Below, one piece after another: positions 17,256 through 36,888 of a stretch of DNA of 64,000 nucleotides. This DNA is from the human T2T-CHM13v2.0 reference genome, Homo sapiens, in assembly GCF_009914755.1 (NCBI RefSeq), contig NC_060928.1; one strand, given 5' to 3'. Under the pieces are notes generated by a model. The model did no database searches, was not told where the DNA came from, and worked only from the letters and a program-made list of their open reading frames with translations. A program made the position numbers and the translations under genes. Each line of letters starts with the position of its first letter. The stretch's first letter is position 1.

Positions 17256-18972
17256 TTGACCAAAGAAGAGGTACCTCTGTGTCCTGGTAGTTCTATGCCA
17301 TAAAACTGGCTACAGGAACTTTTGAGAATATAATATCATGACCAGTCTGGCTCCCTTACCAGTTTGTTCACCAACTTTCCAAGGTGGAGCAGATCTCTAT
17401 TACTGATAAGATTAGCTCTGCCCCAGACTCCACTGTAATCAAGGAGAAAATAATTAGCTCCAAGCCGAGAGACATCTGCCCGCTGACTCCACTCTGACTC
17501 TATATTGAAGTTATGATAGAAGCCCTCATCTTTCACCCCAGTTCTGATAACTGGATCCCTGTCATATTTCCTTTTGTCCCCACACCAAAGTTCCTCAAGA
17601 GTCATCCTCCATTGATTGCTAATCCAAGAAACTTCTTGATCACTTATCTATCTAGACATCAGTCTGCCCAGCATTCCTCCTATGGCATGGAAAGTGGTGC
17701 TTAGATTCTTAGCCTGAAGTGACTTTTCCATCCATTCATTAATTAATTCATTAAATAATATTTAGTGAACATGACCACTGCATTCCTGATCTCAAGATAC
17801 AAGGTCCTTTAACCACCCTCTCTTTTAGAACTGTCTCGTTACTTGAACAAACTCTCATTCTAATAGTTCCTAGTTCTGCCACAACTTCATTCTTCCCTTT
17901 GCTTTCTGCAAATTTCATGGACAGCCAACAATCTTAGGATAGAAAATTCTCAAGTGGTTGCTGCCTGTCCACCTTGGAAACTTGAGCTCCAAGGGCAGCT
18001 CTAATCACTGGTTTCATCACAGAAAAAGAAGTGGAGCTGAATAAAGCAGCTGAGGTTGAAGTCCATTGTGTTAACTCAAGGAAAACGTTTTTTTCGTTTC
18101 TCGCTTGTTTTGCTCACAAGTATAAAGACAAAGAACTACTTTAATAGGAAGTTTCAGTCACAAAGAAATTTCACAAAGAAACAAACCCAATACTGTACTT
18201 TGGTTGATAAGAGAGGTTTCTAACACACAGAGAAAATGCACTGGGGGCTTCTCTTTTGTTGATATTGGGCCCTAATCAAAATATCTTGTTAGATTTTCAA
18301 TAAGAATGCTCCATGGCTATATTTGCCAAATTCATTTCTATATTTAACAGTGTCATAGCAGGTCTCTAAAAGATAGATTTCATGCAATATGTTAGTGTGC
18401 CCTTGGAATGACAAACCAGGTAGTTAAGTTGATTAATGGAGGATATGTTTATTCACTACTTTGAATAAAACACAGTCAGAGGGGTCAATAAGTGAACTCT
18501 TCGTGGAGGCCAGTGTTATCACCTCTATTAATATATTAATACTATCCATTCCTTGCTTGCCTCACTAATCAATTTTTTTTAATATTAGTTTTCAGGCCAG
18601 GCTCTTTCTCAAGGCTTGTCCAGGCAAACATGATAAAGCACAGGTTCCAATCAAATGACGATCATGGTTGGTGTAAACTCTCTTGCAACACATTAAGCAG
18701 AGCCTATGGGAAAGAACTTGCCTAGCAGGAAAATAAAGGTGCAGCCAAGGACACACCAAGCCTTTCTGTCCTTCTTTTAGGGAAATTCGTGCACTGTTAC
18801 ATCTCACTCCGTTCATATTATCTTCAAGGATCTGTACAGTCAGTGAACAAAGTTCTCTTGAACAAGCTAATTTCAAGGTTCACAGATTATCCAAACACCA
18901 TTTCTTTTCTGGACTGACTGTATGCTTCCACCTTTATCACAGTGATTCACACTTCCCTGCCAGTGGACGTGA

Positions 18973-19358
<386 letters not shown>

Positions 19359-19465
19359 TCAATAATGCAATAATGGATCCTTCTTTCTCTATTTAACCAC
19401 AAGGGATCATTCGGTTGGAAGGGTAATGGTGATTAATCAAAGTCATCAAACTAAATTCCCTTTTC

Positions 19466-19467
<2 letters not shown>

Positions 19468-19500
<33 letters not shown>
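19468..19500 (+). repeat. (TG)16 microsatellite
   Basis: Direct reading. Confidence 0.98.
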
Positions 19501-19502
<2 letters not shown>

Positions 19503-19979
19503 TTCTGGCAGCACTGGACCTCACTCCCACTTAGCAACCATTGACTTTTGGTGTGAATTGGCCGCCTCCTGTGGATGAGGCTGAAATCCTCCACTTTTCT
19601 ACAATCTTCCTGCTTATTGCTGTCCCACTCCTGGTCCTCTTCATCCATTTACAACACCTGCCTTGCCCCACTTCTGGAGACTGTGAGGTTGTTCACCCCT
19701 GTTTTCACACTAGAACCCTGGTGAGGTTCTATCAGGCCAAACTCCAACTTTTAGAAGCCTAGAAAGTAAGATGCTCATGTTGGAAATACTTCCGACCCTG
19801 TGGGCATCCCTAGCAGTTGATGATAAGCCCTGCCCATGTTCCTGGCGATTTTCAGCATGCCCCAGCCCACATCCATCTGCGAATGTCTCCATCTCTGTAC
19901 CTGTGGGCATTTTCTTCCAGATTCGTATAGTTTGCTCTGGCCATTCACTTGCTAATCTGCTTCTTTTTTCCCTATTTCA

Positions 19980-20270
19980 ATTTTATTTATTTATTTCACT
20001 GATACATAGTATTTGTACATATTTATGGGGTACATGTAATATTTTGTTTCATGCATAGAATGTGTAATGATCAAATCAGGGTTTTTAGGATATCAACCAT
20101 CTTGAGCATTTATCATTTTTATATGTTGGGAATATTTCAAATTCTCTCTTCTAGCTATTTTGAAATATGCAATACATTGTTGTTAATCATAGTCACCCTA
20201 TTCTGCTATTTAATATTAGAACTTAATCCTTCTATCTAACTGTATATTTGTACCCATTATACTATCTCTC
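19980..20270 (-). mobile_element. L1MA 3' end fragment
   Basis: tttgtacatatttatggggtacatg...ctagctattttgaaatat. Confidence 0.75.
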
Positions 20271-20419
20271 TTAATCCTCTCTGCTTCTGTTTGGGATGGT
20301 CAAGGTGCTTAATTTTCTCTTTCCAGCTTCTCCCTTTTCTTGGATTTTCTAGTGAAGCTATTTTTAAATGGGTTGTTTTGAACACATAGCATCCAATGGG
20401 AATAAACAAAATCTCTGCT

Positions 20420-22080
<1,661 letters not shown>

Positions 22081-23043
22081 TATACTAAAGTGAGAACTAA
22101 ACTGAATTGAATTAAATCAGCAAAGCTCTCAAGCTTGGCTTGAATCAATGTTTGGAGAATAGAAGAATGAATAAGGAAGAAGACAATTTCATTAGCTTAG
22201 GTAGCTACTTTCTAACCTTTCCCATCTTTTAATTGAAAGGCTGGCCCTACAATATAATAGCACTTGCTGATAACTTATTATATCCAAAGCATTAGAGTGG
22301 GGAATACAAAATTGCATCAGACCTGATCTCAAACCTTTTGTGTATGTGTGTGTGTATATAATAGAGACAGGTTTAATCAAAGAGGAGTAAGAAAACTTCT
22401 GATACAAACTATAGGTACTCACTGCTCTATAATTAGACCTAATTCATAAAAACTTGTAAGATATTTTGCGGTGAGCAGTATAGCTTTAGGACAGAGCTTC
22501 TCAATGAGTTTGCTAGTTGCAAGTTTGCCTCATGAGTAGCCGCTTTCTTTTACTAAAACTAACACAAACATATTAAAACTAAAACTAAACACTGCATATA
22601 AAAAGAGTGGGAAGCAATGCAGCTTCAGAGGAGAAAGAGTTCTGTTTGGGCGTTGGCTAAAGTAATCTTTCTGGGACCTTATAGGGCTACTTCAGGCATC
22701 TATGGCATTCAAACTCAACTATGGCTTTTGCTGCTCCCTGTTTTAGGAGAAAATAGTGCCTCAGTGATGCTACCTTAAATTTCTTACTTTCTTTCTTTTT
22801 GTTTGTTTGTTTGAGAAAGGTCTCACTCTGTTACCCAGGCAGGAGAGTGATGTTATCAATGTCAGGTATCCAGTAATGACATAGCCGAGGCTACCTCCTG
22901 TCAGAGGAAATTCACCAACCTGAGTCTTCGGCTTTTTGCAGCATCTTTCTGTTGTTCTTGGAGATGCTATCTAGCAGTTGAAAATATAGCAGAGTGAATG
23001 CAACTCTCTCCAGCCATTCCAAAGGCACAAACTTTTCTCACTC

Positions 23044-27442
<4,399 letters not shown>

Positions 27443-28339
27443 ACAAACTTTTCTCTCTTTTTTGAGAGAATTACACAGGGGATTAGGAATTATATGAATT
27501 TTGTTGTTTAACAAGAAGCCCTCCCCTTTCTCTCCTTTCAAATTTCTCCTCTTAAATTTCTTTATTTTTCTTCCTTCTCCTTTATGTTTGCCTTTTCTCT
27601 CTTCCCCTGCTCTTCCTGTCTTCTTTTCATCCTCCTCACCTCTGTCTGCCTTTTTCCCAACTCTCCTTGGAGGTGGTGGTTCATGATGGTCAGTGAGTAA
27701 TAGGCAGTCAGAGAGATGAATTCCAAAATCAACTGTGGGGAAGCAACCCACACACCACAGTGATGCTTTTCCTTCCTTTCTCCTTGCACTTCTCCCCTGG
27801 ATGAACCAAGGACTTGGGTTTTTCTGCCAGTGCTCTATGATGGAGTACAGTTGGAGAAGGAGGAAATAGGAAAGAAATGGGGCTTGATTTAATCACAGCA
27901 GGGGTTCACTTGTCAGAATATCAAGCTAATTTATAGCCTTGTGACATGGAACGTCACATTTCAGAACACAGAATTAAAATCAGTAGGATCTCACGGTTGT
28001 CCAGGTAGGGTCTTTCTGAGGAGGGGTCCTGAGGGGGCATTGCCACCACCCATCTGCATTGTTGCCAGAAAAATAGCTGTTTACCAGATTTATAAGGCTG
28101 AATTTGTTTTGGTTGAATTCCACATGCCTGGTAAATGTACTAGTCTGGCCTGGTTGTCCCGAGGGAGGACAGAGCACACTCCATAAGCTGTGACTCTAGA
28201 GGGAACTGGGCTGGTTTCAAGAAAGTCCTGGGCCTGACTAGTGAGCAAGATTTAGTGTTTTCTTCCATGTCCTTCCTTGCCCTCCAAAGTTCAGGTAAGT
28301 GACTAGATTCACAAACTTATTTCAGAATGCCAGGAGGAG

Positions 28340-28620
28340 ACTCATGGAATCATAGAAACTTACAACTGCAAGGGACTTTAAAGATCACCGACCCCACTAC
28401 TGACTTATGTTCCATCTTTCTTCTCTGCTTCTGGCCTCTGCCTGAGCAGTGACAGGGAACTTCCAAGTTCCTGAGATAGCACATCTGATATTTATAATTT
28501 TAGAGACAGCTCTGACAATTGGAAAGCTCTTCTTCATATTGAGTCAACATCTCTCTGGGCTAAAGTTTTTCCCACTGGTCTCTCTCGAGCTCTTCTGGGA
28601 CCTTGTGAAACAAGTCCTGG
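28340..28620 (-). mobile_element. Ancient CR1/L3-like 3' fragment
   Basis: gaatcatagaa...gggactttaaagatca and gacagctctgacaattggaaagctcttcttcatattgag. Confidence 0.5.
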
Positions 28621-28673
28621 GTCTGTCTAAAAAGAAACTGGATCTCCAAACCTTCCAAAGAAATTAATTTTCT

Positions 28674-29364
28674 TTCTTTTTTTAATTTAACTTTTAAGTT
28701 GGGGTACATGTGCAAGTTTGTTATATAGGTAAACTTGTGTCATGGGAGTTTGTCATACAGATTATTTTGTCACCCGGGTATTAAGCCTAGTACTCAACAG
28801 TTATTTTTTCTGATCCTCTCCTTCCTCTCATCCTCCACTCTCTGATAAGCTCCAGTGTGTGTTGCTTCCTTCTTTGCATTCATGTGTTCTCATCCTTTAG
28901 CTTCCACTTATAAAAGAGAGCATGTGGTATTTGGTTTTCTGTTACTGTGTTGGTTTGCCAAGGATAATGGCCTCCAGCTCCATCCATGTTCCCGCAAAGG
29001 ACATGATCTTGTTCTTTTTTATGGCTGCATAGTATTCCACAGTGTATGTGTACCACATTTCCTTTATTCTAAATACCCCTTGATGGGCATTTGTGTTGAT
29101 TCAATATCCTTACTATTGTGAATAGTGTACATATGCATGCCTGTGTCTTTATAATAGAGTGATTTATCTTTCTCTGCATATATACCTAGTAAGGGGATTG
29201 CTGGGTTGAATGGTATTTCTGTCTTTTGGTCTTTGAGGAATTGCCACAGTGTCTTCCACAATGGTTGAATTAATTTACACTCCCAACAACAGTGTATAAG
29301 CATTCCTTTTTCTCTGCAACCTTGCTAACATCTATTATTTTTTGACTTTTTAATAATAGCTATT
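28674..29364 (-). mobile_element. 5'-truncated older L1PA 3' end
   Basis: Antisense L1 3'UTR/ORF2 end; perfect 18-bp TSD caaagaaattaattttct at 28656 and 29365. Confidence 0.93.
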
Positions 29365-31285
29365 CAAAGAAATTAATTTTCTAAGGTCCTCTCTAGAAAT
29401 AGCCTTAGGTCTTGAAACTGACATTAAACAAAGTAGTTGAAGCCAGGTGTACTCAGTGAGTTTAATTAGAATGGCATGATTCTCTTTCTTGAATGTTCTC
29501 ATTATTTTTTAGAAGATGGCATGAAGGCACTCATTATTATTATTATTATTGGTTTAAAACTAAAGGCCCCAAAATAGATTCAACAGAGAAAAAAAATTAT
29601 AAGAAGATTCTTTCCTCCAAATGATAGTCTTTTTCTGGGCTCCTTTCTGATATGATTTTGGGGCATTGATTAAAAAAGGTTATAGAAACAAGACACAGCT
29701 CTACTTGATCAAGGAGCAGGAAGTCATAAATTTTGTATATTAAAAGCATTGGGTGTGAGAGGATTAAATTCCTTCAGCTACTGGATCAAACTGGAGAGGA
29801 GAGCTCTAAACAACTTTCAGGTGTGAGCAAGAAATTCTGCAAGTCCTCTTAGGTAAGGAGGCACTTTCTACTTTATTTCTCATCATTTATGTGTTCAACA
29901 AATGTTTGTTAGGCATCAATCACATGTTGGGCTCTGTGCTCCAAATATGAATGGGGGCTTAAGGAGGGCCATGTTTTCCTTTTACCTTCTGAGGCTTTAC
30001 TTGAAACCAGTTTTGTCAATTGTGCTGATAGGTTTGGATGAGATTCACTGTTTACTAATGGCTTTTCTGTTCTTATCACCATGAAAATGCAGCCAGAGCC
30101 AGAGTTTTATTGGCTTACTTTCAACAATGGTAATATTTTTTGATTCATCAAATGGAGCCCCTAAATCCAATTAGCCATCTGGCTTAACTTAATTTTTGAT
30201 CAACTTAAGTGTGAATTCCTTTTTTTAAAACTAATGTTCTTTATTTTTTTAAAAAACTTAAGCTTTCATTTTAGGCTCAAGGGTACACGATTAGGTTTTT
30301 TATATACGTGTGAATATACCTGCTTATAATTACTTATCTGTAGTATATGTTCATAAAACCATCTTTAATGCTTCAATACCCCTTGAATTTTATGACTGAA
30401 AAAGAAAATATGTTATTAATCTTTGGTATTGTTACAAAAATAAATGTTGAGCCTTGACAATCCTTGGAGTGTCCAAGCAGTGAGTTTCTGTACACATTGA
30501 TGTTGCCTAGGGAAACAGAGTATCTGGAAACAGAAATTTGGGTTTGGCTGAAGGTGGAATGGGTGAAATAGCAACTGGGTTCTGGGGAGAACCAAGAGCC
30601 ATATGTTAAGATGTGGTTAGGGAAACAGATGCCCTTCTCATAAATGGAGATGGTCTGCAAGTTGCCTTCCTCTGGGAACCAAGGTTTGGTTTCAGCCAGA
30701 AATAGTGGTATGTAAATATCCTGATTCCCTCATGTGCAGAGAGAGAACTAAGCCAGTAAATACAGAGCCTTTTTTAGTCAGCAGAAGGCAAATGAAGACT
30801 CAACTAAATGCGTTACCTAAATGGAAATGTGAATTTAGTTTGCAAAATGCTATAAAGGTGCTGCCATTCAGCATGACAAGCAGAAAAGATGATTTAAAAA
30901 ATGAAATCCTTTGCTTTATTCCATCAAGGCATTCAACTAGCAAACTCTTCATATAAGTGTGCAGAGATGGAAATGGGAGAAGTGCAGGTGAGAGCGCTTG
31001 GGATTTGTGACCCGAATTCACCTTTGGCAGCTTGCGGTCCTTAAGTTGCCAAGTGTTCTGGGACCACTATCTCTCTATGGCCTCCCTTCCCCTTTCCATT
31101 AGCTCTCTGCATTTTTCTTATATTTTACTTCTATGCGCTCAAAGGTCTGGAATCTGGGGATGTTTGTAGAAGAGTTATGGTTCAATCAGGTATGTTGGGG
31201 AAGAAATAGTTTGCTATTTGAAAGACCATGCCTCAAATTGTTCTTGCATGATTTTCATTTCTAATTGTGAGGACATGAAAATATC

Positions 31286-31474
31286 CTGTGCTGTTCAATA
31301 CAGTAGCCACTAGCCCCATGTGGCTGTTTATGTTTAATTTTAAAGTAATTTAAATCAAATTAAAATTTCAGTGCTTTGGTCACATTAGCTACAATTCAAA
31401 TATTAAATTGCCACATGGATGGTGAATATTTAGAACATTTCCAACATCACAGAATGTTCTGTGCCACAGCACTG
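31286..31474. mobile_element. MER3/MER33-type hAT MITE
   Basis: ctgtgctgttcaatacagtagccactagcc...acagcactg inverted termini. Confidence 0.7.
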
Positions 31475-31916
31475 GTAGACTGCGTCTACTGGTTTGCTGC
31501 CAACCTCTTCCAATGACTAACATTTGTTGTGTGTTTAACTTAAACATGTATTCCTAATAACAAACATCTTACTCATTTTAATGACATATAGACTATATCA
31601 ACGGTAGGTTTTGCCCTACTTCTTTAGAGTACTGGCCTGAAGGAACTAATTCAGTGCATTTCTCTGGTTCTGCTGACCTGCTGACCTCTTCTGATGGTCC
31701 AAGGTGATCTCTGATGAAGTCTTCATTTTCTCTCTCTGACATAGCCTTTGTCATTTTTACCTTTAATGACATTTAATGTCATTTTTACCTCTACTTATTT
31801 ACTGTTTTTTAACACCATCTGTTCTTTCCTCTGTTTATTCTTTTTCATCAACTTTTTAGGCCTTTTCTCTCTTCTGCATATTCTTGTGTATATTTTTATA
31901 CGTAAAAAATATTTCC

Positions 31917-32312
31917 TGTCTGCGCATGGTGGCTCACACCTGTAATCCCAGCATTTTGGAGGGCTGAGGCGGGAGGATCACTTGACCCCGGGAGTTCAAG
32001 GCTAGCTTGGGCAACATAGGGAGATCCCATTTCTACTAAAAAAAAAAAAAAAAAAATTAAGGCCGGGCACGGTGACTCATGCCTGTAATCCCAGCACTTT
32101 GGGAAGCCAAGGAGGGCAGATCACTTGAGGTCAGGAGATTGAGACCAGCCTGGCCAACATGGTAAAACCCCATCTCTACTAAAAATACAAAAATTTTTAT
32201 TAGAGGTGTGGTGGTGTACACCTGTAGTCCCAGGTATTGGGACTACAGTGAGCCATGATCATGCCACTGTACTCCAACCTGGGTGACAGAGCAAAACCCT
32301 CTCAAAAAAAAA
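31917..32312 (+). mobile_element. Composite Alu: J-like left arm, A-run, S-like left arm, deleted right arm
   Basis: Second ggccgggcacggtg at 32061; degenerate TSD aaaaaatatttcct/aaaaaaattttctt. Confidence 0.85.
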
Positions 32313-32319
32313 TTTTCTT

Positions 32320-33010
32320 TCAGAAAAGTTTAAGAACTTTAAATATATAGAAAGGGTATATATAATGTGTATCTATAAATAATTTAAGAAAATAATATAA
32401 AGTATACTTACATTCTTATCAGCTAGCTAAAGACCTAGAAGACTACTCCTACATTACATGTTTTCTGTACGTCTCTCCTTCTGTATTCCCTTCTCACCAA
32501 GTGGTAACCATTATTCTAAATTTTGTGTTAATATTTCCTCTGATCTTTAATACCTTTATTACATATATGCTTATCTCTAAATAATACAACATATATTTTT
32601 GCCCATTTTTGAACTTTATATATGTGGAATCATGCTGTGTACATTTTTCTATGACTTGCTTTTTTGGCTCAACATTACATTTGGGGGATTCTTTCACTTG
32701 AAATGTTATTCTATGAGACTTAGTTCTTTCACTCGAGATTATGTTTTTGAGAATAATTCATGTTAATATGTGCACATGTAGCTCATCGTTTTCATATCTG
32801 TATAATAATCCATTGTTTGAGTATATGCAGCAATTTATTTACTGGTTTTACTCTTAATGGGCATTTGGGTTCTCTGCATTATTTCTTTCACTATTATGAC
32901 CTGAGGTACTATGGACACACTATTTTTTTCCAATCAGCTTCCTCAGGTTAAAGGACATTCTTACACATCTCTTGACGCACATGTGCATCAGATTCCTAAA
33001 ATATTTACCC
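32320..33010 (-). mobile_element. Old L1ME-type 3' remnant
   Basis: gaactttatatatgtggaatcat...gacttgcttttttggctcaacatt...atgggcatttgggt. Confidence 0.6.
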
Positions 33011-33205
33011 AATGGTGCCCACCCAGGTTAAGGATGGGTCTGCCTTTCCCAGCCCACTTTCTTTGATCTTTTTTCTATGCTTATTTCACCTTCATTTCTC
33101 CCCTCATCTCTATACTGCATAATACTCTCCATTTGCTCATTCACTAAATAAAAGGAAGAATTATTTTATCCTCAGGAAAGTGTCATTTTGGATGAAAAGG
33201 ACTGG

Positions 33206-33701
33206 TATATATCACATATATATATCCTATATATATGTGTGTGTGTGTATATATATGTAAATATATATGTGTATATATAAATATATATGTGTATATATAT
33301 AAATATATGTGTGTGTATATATATATATATATATAAAAATAAAAGGAAGTTTATTAAGTATTAACTCACATGATCACATGGTCCTGCAATAGGCCATCTG
33401 CAGGCTGAGGAGCAAGGAGAGCCAGTCCGAGTCCCAAAACTGAAGAACCTGGAGTCTGATGTTTGAGGGCAGGAAGCATCCAGTACAGGAGAAAGATGTA
33501 GGCTGGGAGGCTAGGCTTTATATTCTAAACAAGCTGGCAGCTGATTAAATGGTGCCCACCCACGTTAAGGGTGGGTCTGCCTTTCCCAGCCCACTGACTT
33601 GAATGTTAATCTCCTTTGGCAACACCCTTACCGACACACCCAGGATCAATACTTTGCATCCTTCAATCCAATCAAGTTGACGCTCAGTATTAATCATCAC
33701 A
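33206..33701 (-). mobile_element. MLT2A (ERVL) LTR with internal (TA/TG)n tract
   Basis: ctgaggagcaaggagagccagtccgagtccc...caatcaagttgacgctcagtattaatcatcaca; probable 5-bp TSD ACTGG at 33201 and 33702. Confidence 0.9.
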
Positions 33702-33734
33702 ACTGGCTTCCTGGAAGTACTAGGGAGTGACGAA

Positions 33735-33945
33735 AAGACAGACCTGGTTTTGAAACCCAGCTCTCCTCCTGTTAGATGTCTCTGGCCATTGGCTAGTCGT
33801 TAGTTAACCTCATTGAGCTTCACTTCCTTCATCAGTAAAATGAAGGGTTCTAAAACTTTTTTTCAGAGAGTAGTGTGAAGATTAAATGAAATAACACATG
33901 TAAAGCCTTCAGCACTTGGCATGGTACATAGTAGGCACTCAATAT
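33735..33945 (+). mobile_element. MIR
   Basis: agacctggttttgaaacccagct...gtgaagattaaatgaaataac...tagtaggcactcaata. Confidence 0.8.
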
Positions 33946-35257
33946 GTCTTGGTTTTTTTTCTTCGTCTTTGTTAGAAATAAAATATTTCATTATCTACAC
34001 TACACCTTACAAGCAAAAGGCCAGACTCGCTGTCTACTTCACCGATTAGTAGCCAGTAAAGAGACAGATGGAAATGTTTTAGGACTTCTACTCATTCTCT
34101 CTCAATGCCTCTTATTGACCCTCTACTCCACGCCCTTGTTCTTGTCACCAGTGGGCTGGAAGCACATAATCAGGGTCATCAGTATGTGATGCAGGAGCAT
34201 CAGTAGCCACCAGTCTAGTCTAGCACACAGGAGAGAGTGATGAGGCAGTGAGGTGAACAAAACAATGTCATACAGTCTTGGATGTTTGTTCAGACCTACC
34301 ATAATTCAAGACATATGCGGATTTGGAGTAGATTATGATTGGGGAGTTCCTTTCAGGAGAGGTGACCTCTAAAAGGTCTATGCTGGTCATCAGGGCTTGA
34401 AAACAGCCAATGTGAGGGTCACTGACAAGGGTTTGCATTTGTTCAAGGAGCTTTGCCTCTACAGACTTGATAACCTTTCTATCTTCCTGGAAATGAGCTT
34501 ATGGCTATGGCTCTTCAAAGGCTTGGTATTATGAAGGTATGGTAGCTAGCTCTGGATAGAGGGGTGCTGGCTCTACACTGGGAAGCACTGCCTCATAGGC
34601 AAGCTGTGATGAAGGAACTTGGTCACAGGATTAGAGTGTGGACGCTTTCATTGGAAGAAAGTAGAGAGTTGGGGCAAACAAAATGAGCTGTGTGGGATAC
34701 ACAGCATAAGAATATTCTAGTCAAATCCATGATAATTTTAGAGGAAGGAAGAAAGAAGATGCTTGAATAGGATAGATACAAGAGAGGATGCAGTAAAGAA
34801 TTACCTGCCCTTCCAGTGTACAATCAACAAAGAATTCTGGGTAAGTTAGTTAACAACCGGGATTGATAGAATTGGGTAATTATTATGAAAATGTATGTTG
34901 GTGTTGGTTTAAAGTAAAATAAAAAGAAATAAATATTGTAAGTATTAACACCTGGAGGCAAAATAGAAATGCTAAAATAAGTTAGTGACAAAGTCAGGAG
35001 AATAAACGTCATAATTCTACATTTAATAGATTAAGAAGAAACTAGAAAAAAAGCAAATCTATGCCAATTAAGGAAAGATGATTGTAAATAATTTACCATC
35101 ATTATTTCTTATATTTGTGAAGGAAAATTTGATGATCAGTGTTATGGAAAAAAATCACATGTACTATGAGTTCATTTTGTCTATCATTTAAAAATGAAAA
35201 AAAGAAAAAATTTCATTCATAATTCCTTTTATTCTTATACATTACCAAAGCTACAAT

Positions 35258-35445
35258 ACGGTCTAAATTTTCAAACTGTGAGTTGCAACCCACCTAGTGG
35301 GTCACAAAATCAATTTAGTGGGTCACAATGAGCATTTTGTGATATTTGTTTTTATTTGTATTATGGGGTGTGTGTGTGTGTGTGTATGTATGTGTGAATT
35401 TGTGTACAGTGGGTCTAACGTTGAAAAAGTTTGAAAGCCACCAAC
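35258..35445. mobile_element. hAT-Charlie-type MITE remnant
   Basis: ttttcaaactgtgagttgcaaccc...tagtgggtcac...aaaagtttgaaagccac inverted ends. Confidence 0.5.
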
Positions 35446-35751
35446 CCAGATAATTTCCCATGGACCCTTCTACTTCTGGTGTATAATAATTCTGTATGTT
35501 AAACAAATTGAGATGAAAATAATTTTATAGGATTTCTTGTGGTTCTTTCATCTGTGAATAGTACTAGTTTCTGCTGAGTGGAATTTGAATTAAGGTATCT
35601 CCATTTCAGACTGCAAAAAAAGTGCTTAATTATTAAAAAACCAAATAAAGAAGAAACATCAGTGGTCTCATCTTTAAGATAGTCCAAAGTTGTGGAGCTG
35701 GTAGCCACAATTAAGGGGAAGCTCCATGTTATGAAAATTTTATTCTTTCTT

Positions 35752-36042
35752 CCTTTTTAAGATATAGGGTCTTGTTCTGTTACCCAGGCTGGAGTGCAGT
35801 GGCACCATTATAGCTCACTGCAGCCTTGAACTCCTGGGTTCAAGCGCTTCTCCCCCCACAGCTTCCTGAGTAGCTGGGACTACAGGTGCTGCATCACGCC
35901 CAGCTAATTATTATTTTTGTTTTTTTAGAGATGGGGTTTCACTCTGTTGCCCAGGCTGGTCTTGAACTCCCATGTTCAAGTGATCCTTCCGCCTCAGCCT
36001 CCTAAAGAGCTGGGATTACAAGCATGAGCCACTGCACCTGGT
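35752..36042 (-). mobile_element. AluJ
   Basis: Antisense dimer with J-type gctcactgcagccttgaactcc. Confidence 0.9.
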
Positions 36043-36836
36043 GAAAGTTTTCCTCTGTATTTCTGTTTTATTGTTGTTTTTTGTATGAATTTATCAGAAT
36101 AACCCAATTAATTGGGGGCACTCTTAAGTGCATAAATTAGAATAAATGTCTGTATTTTTTAAAAGTCCATTTGATATGACAGCTATTGCAAATTTTGCCT
36201 TTCTTGGTAATATATGTACGCATAAACTTTGCAAGTCATGATTCTTTATACAGCAGACCGTACAAAATTAACAAGAATACACATGATTGCTGCTGGCTTT
36301 TCATACACGAATTTAATAAAGAGGAGCTCAGTCTGTTCTTCCTTATTATGTTGTTTTCCTATTATACATAAAAGCCAAGTTTTGGACTTGTGGGAATGAT
36401 GATGCAGGGCATCACCAGGCCAACTCTGTGGCATAGAATTCCACAGGGTGCCGCCAAGGAGGCTGTTGTGGTGGGAAGTGAGTTGGGTTTCCATATACCC
36501 TGTATTGCTCATGCATTGGCTAGAAGTTTTGGTGAACCTCAGAAAGGTTTTTTGATACCTGATCACAGTCTGGTGAGGTAAATGAGTTTTTTTTTGATTT
36601 GCAGCCTTAACAAAAATTTTATTATGCTGATGCTTCACTCTGTGCACAGTTATGTGCACACCTTAGGTACACATGTCATGCTTTTGATAAGTTCTTATAG
36701 TTTTGGCTATTCTGCACTCACAAATTTTGCAAATAAAAATCATAGAACTCTAACTACAATTGACTCTGATACAATTAAACTTATTGGTATAAAGACGGTA
36801 AAATTATACCTTGAGAGAAGTTGGCTTATGTCCAAA

Positions 36837-36845
36837 ATGCGCGCG

Positions 36846-36886
<41 letters not shown>

Positions 36887-36888
36887 AT
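36837..36888 (+). repeat. Compound (GC)8(AC)13 alternating purine-pyrimidine tract
   Basis: Direct reading. Confidence 0.97.

Noticed and set aside
27480-27690. Pyrimidine-rich tract with Lys/Glu/Gly-rich antisense ORFs
   Set aside because: Low-complexity composition explains the ORFs
29770-29857. Possible small exon (ttccttcag ... ag/gtaagg)
   Set aside because: Weak polypyrimidine tract and no coding or transcript evidence; such motifs occur by chance
32222-32248. Perfect 11-bp hairpin ctgtagtccca/tgggactacag
   Set aside because: Largely native Alu right-arm self-complementarity brought together by a deletion
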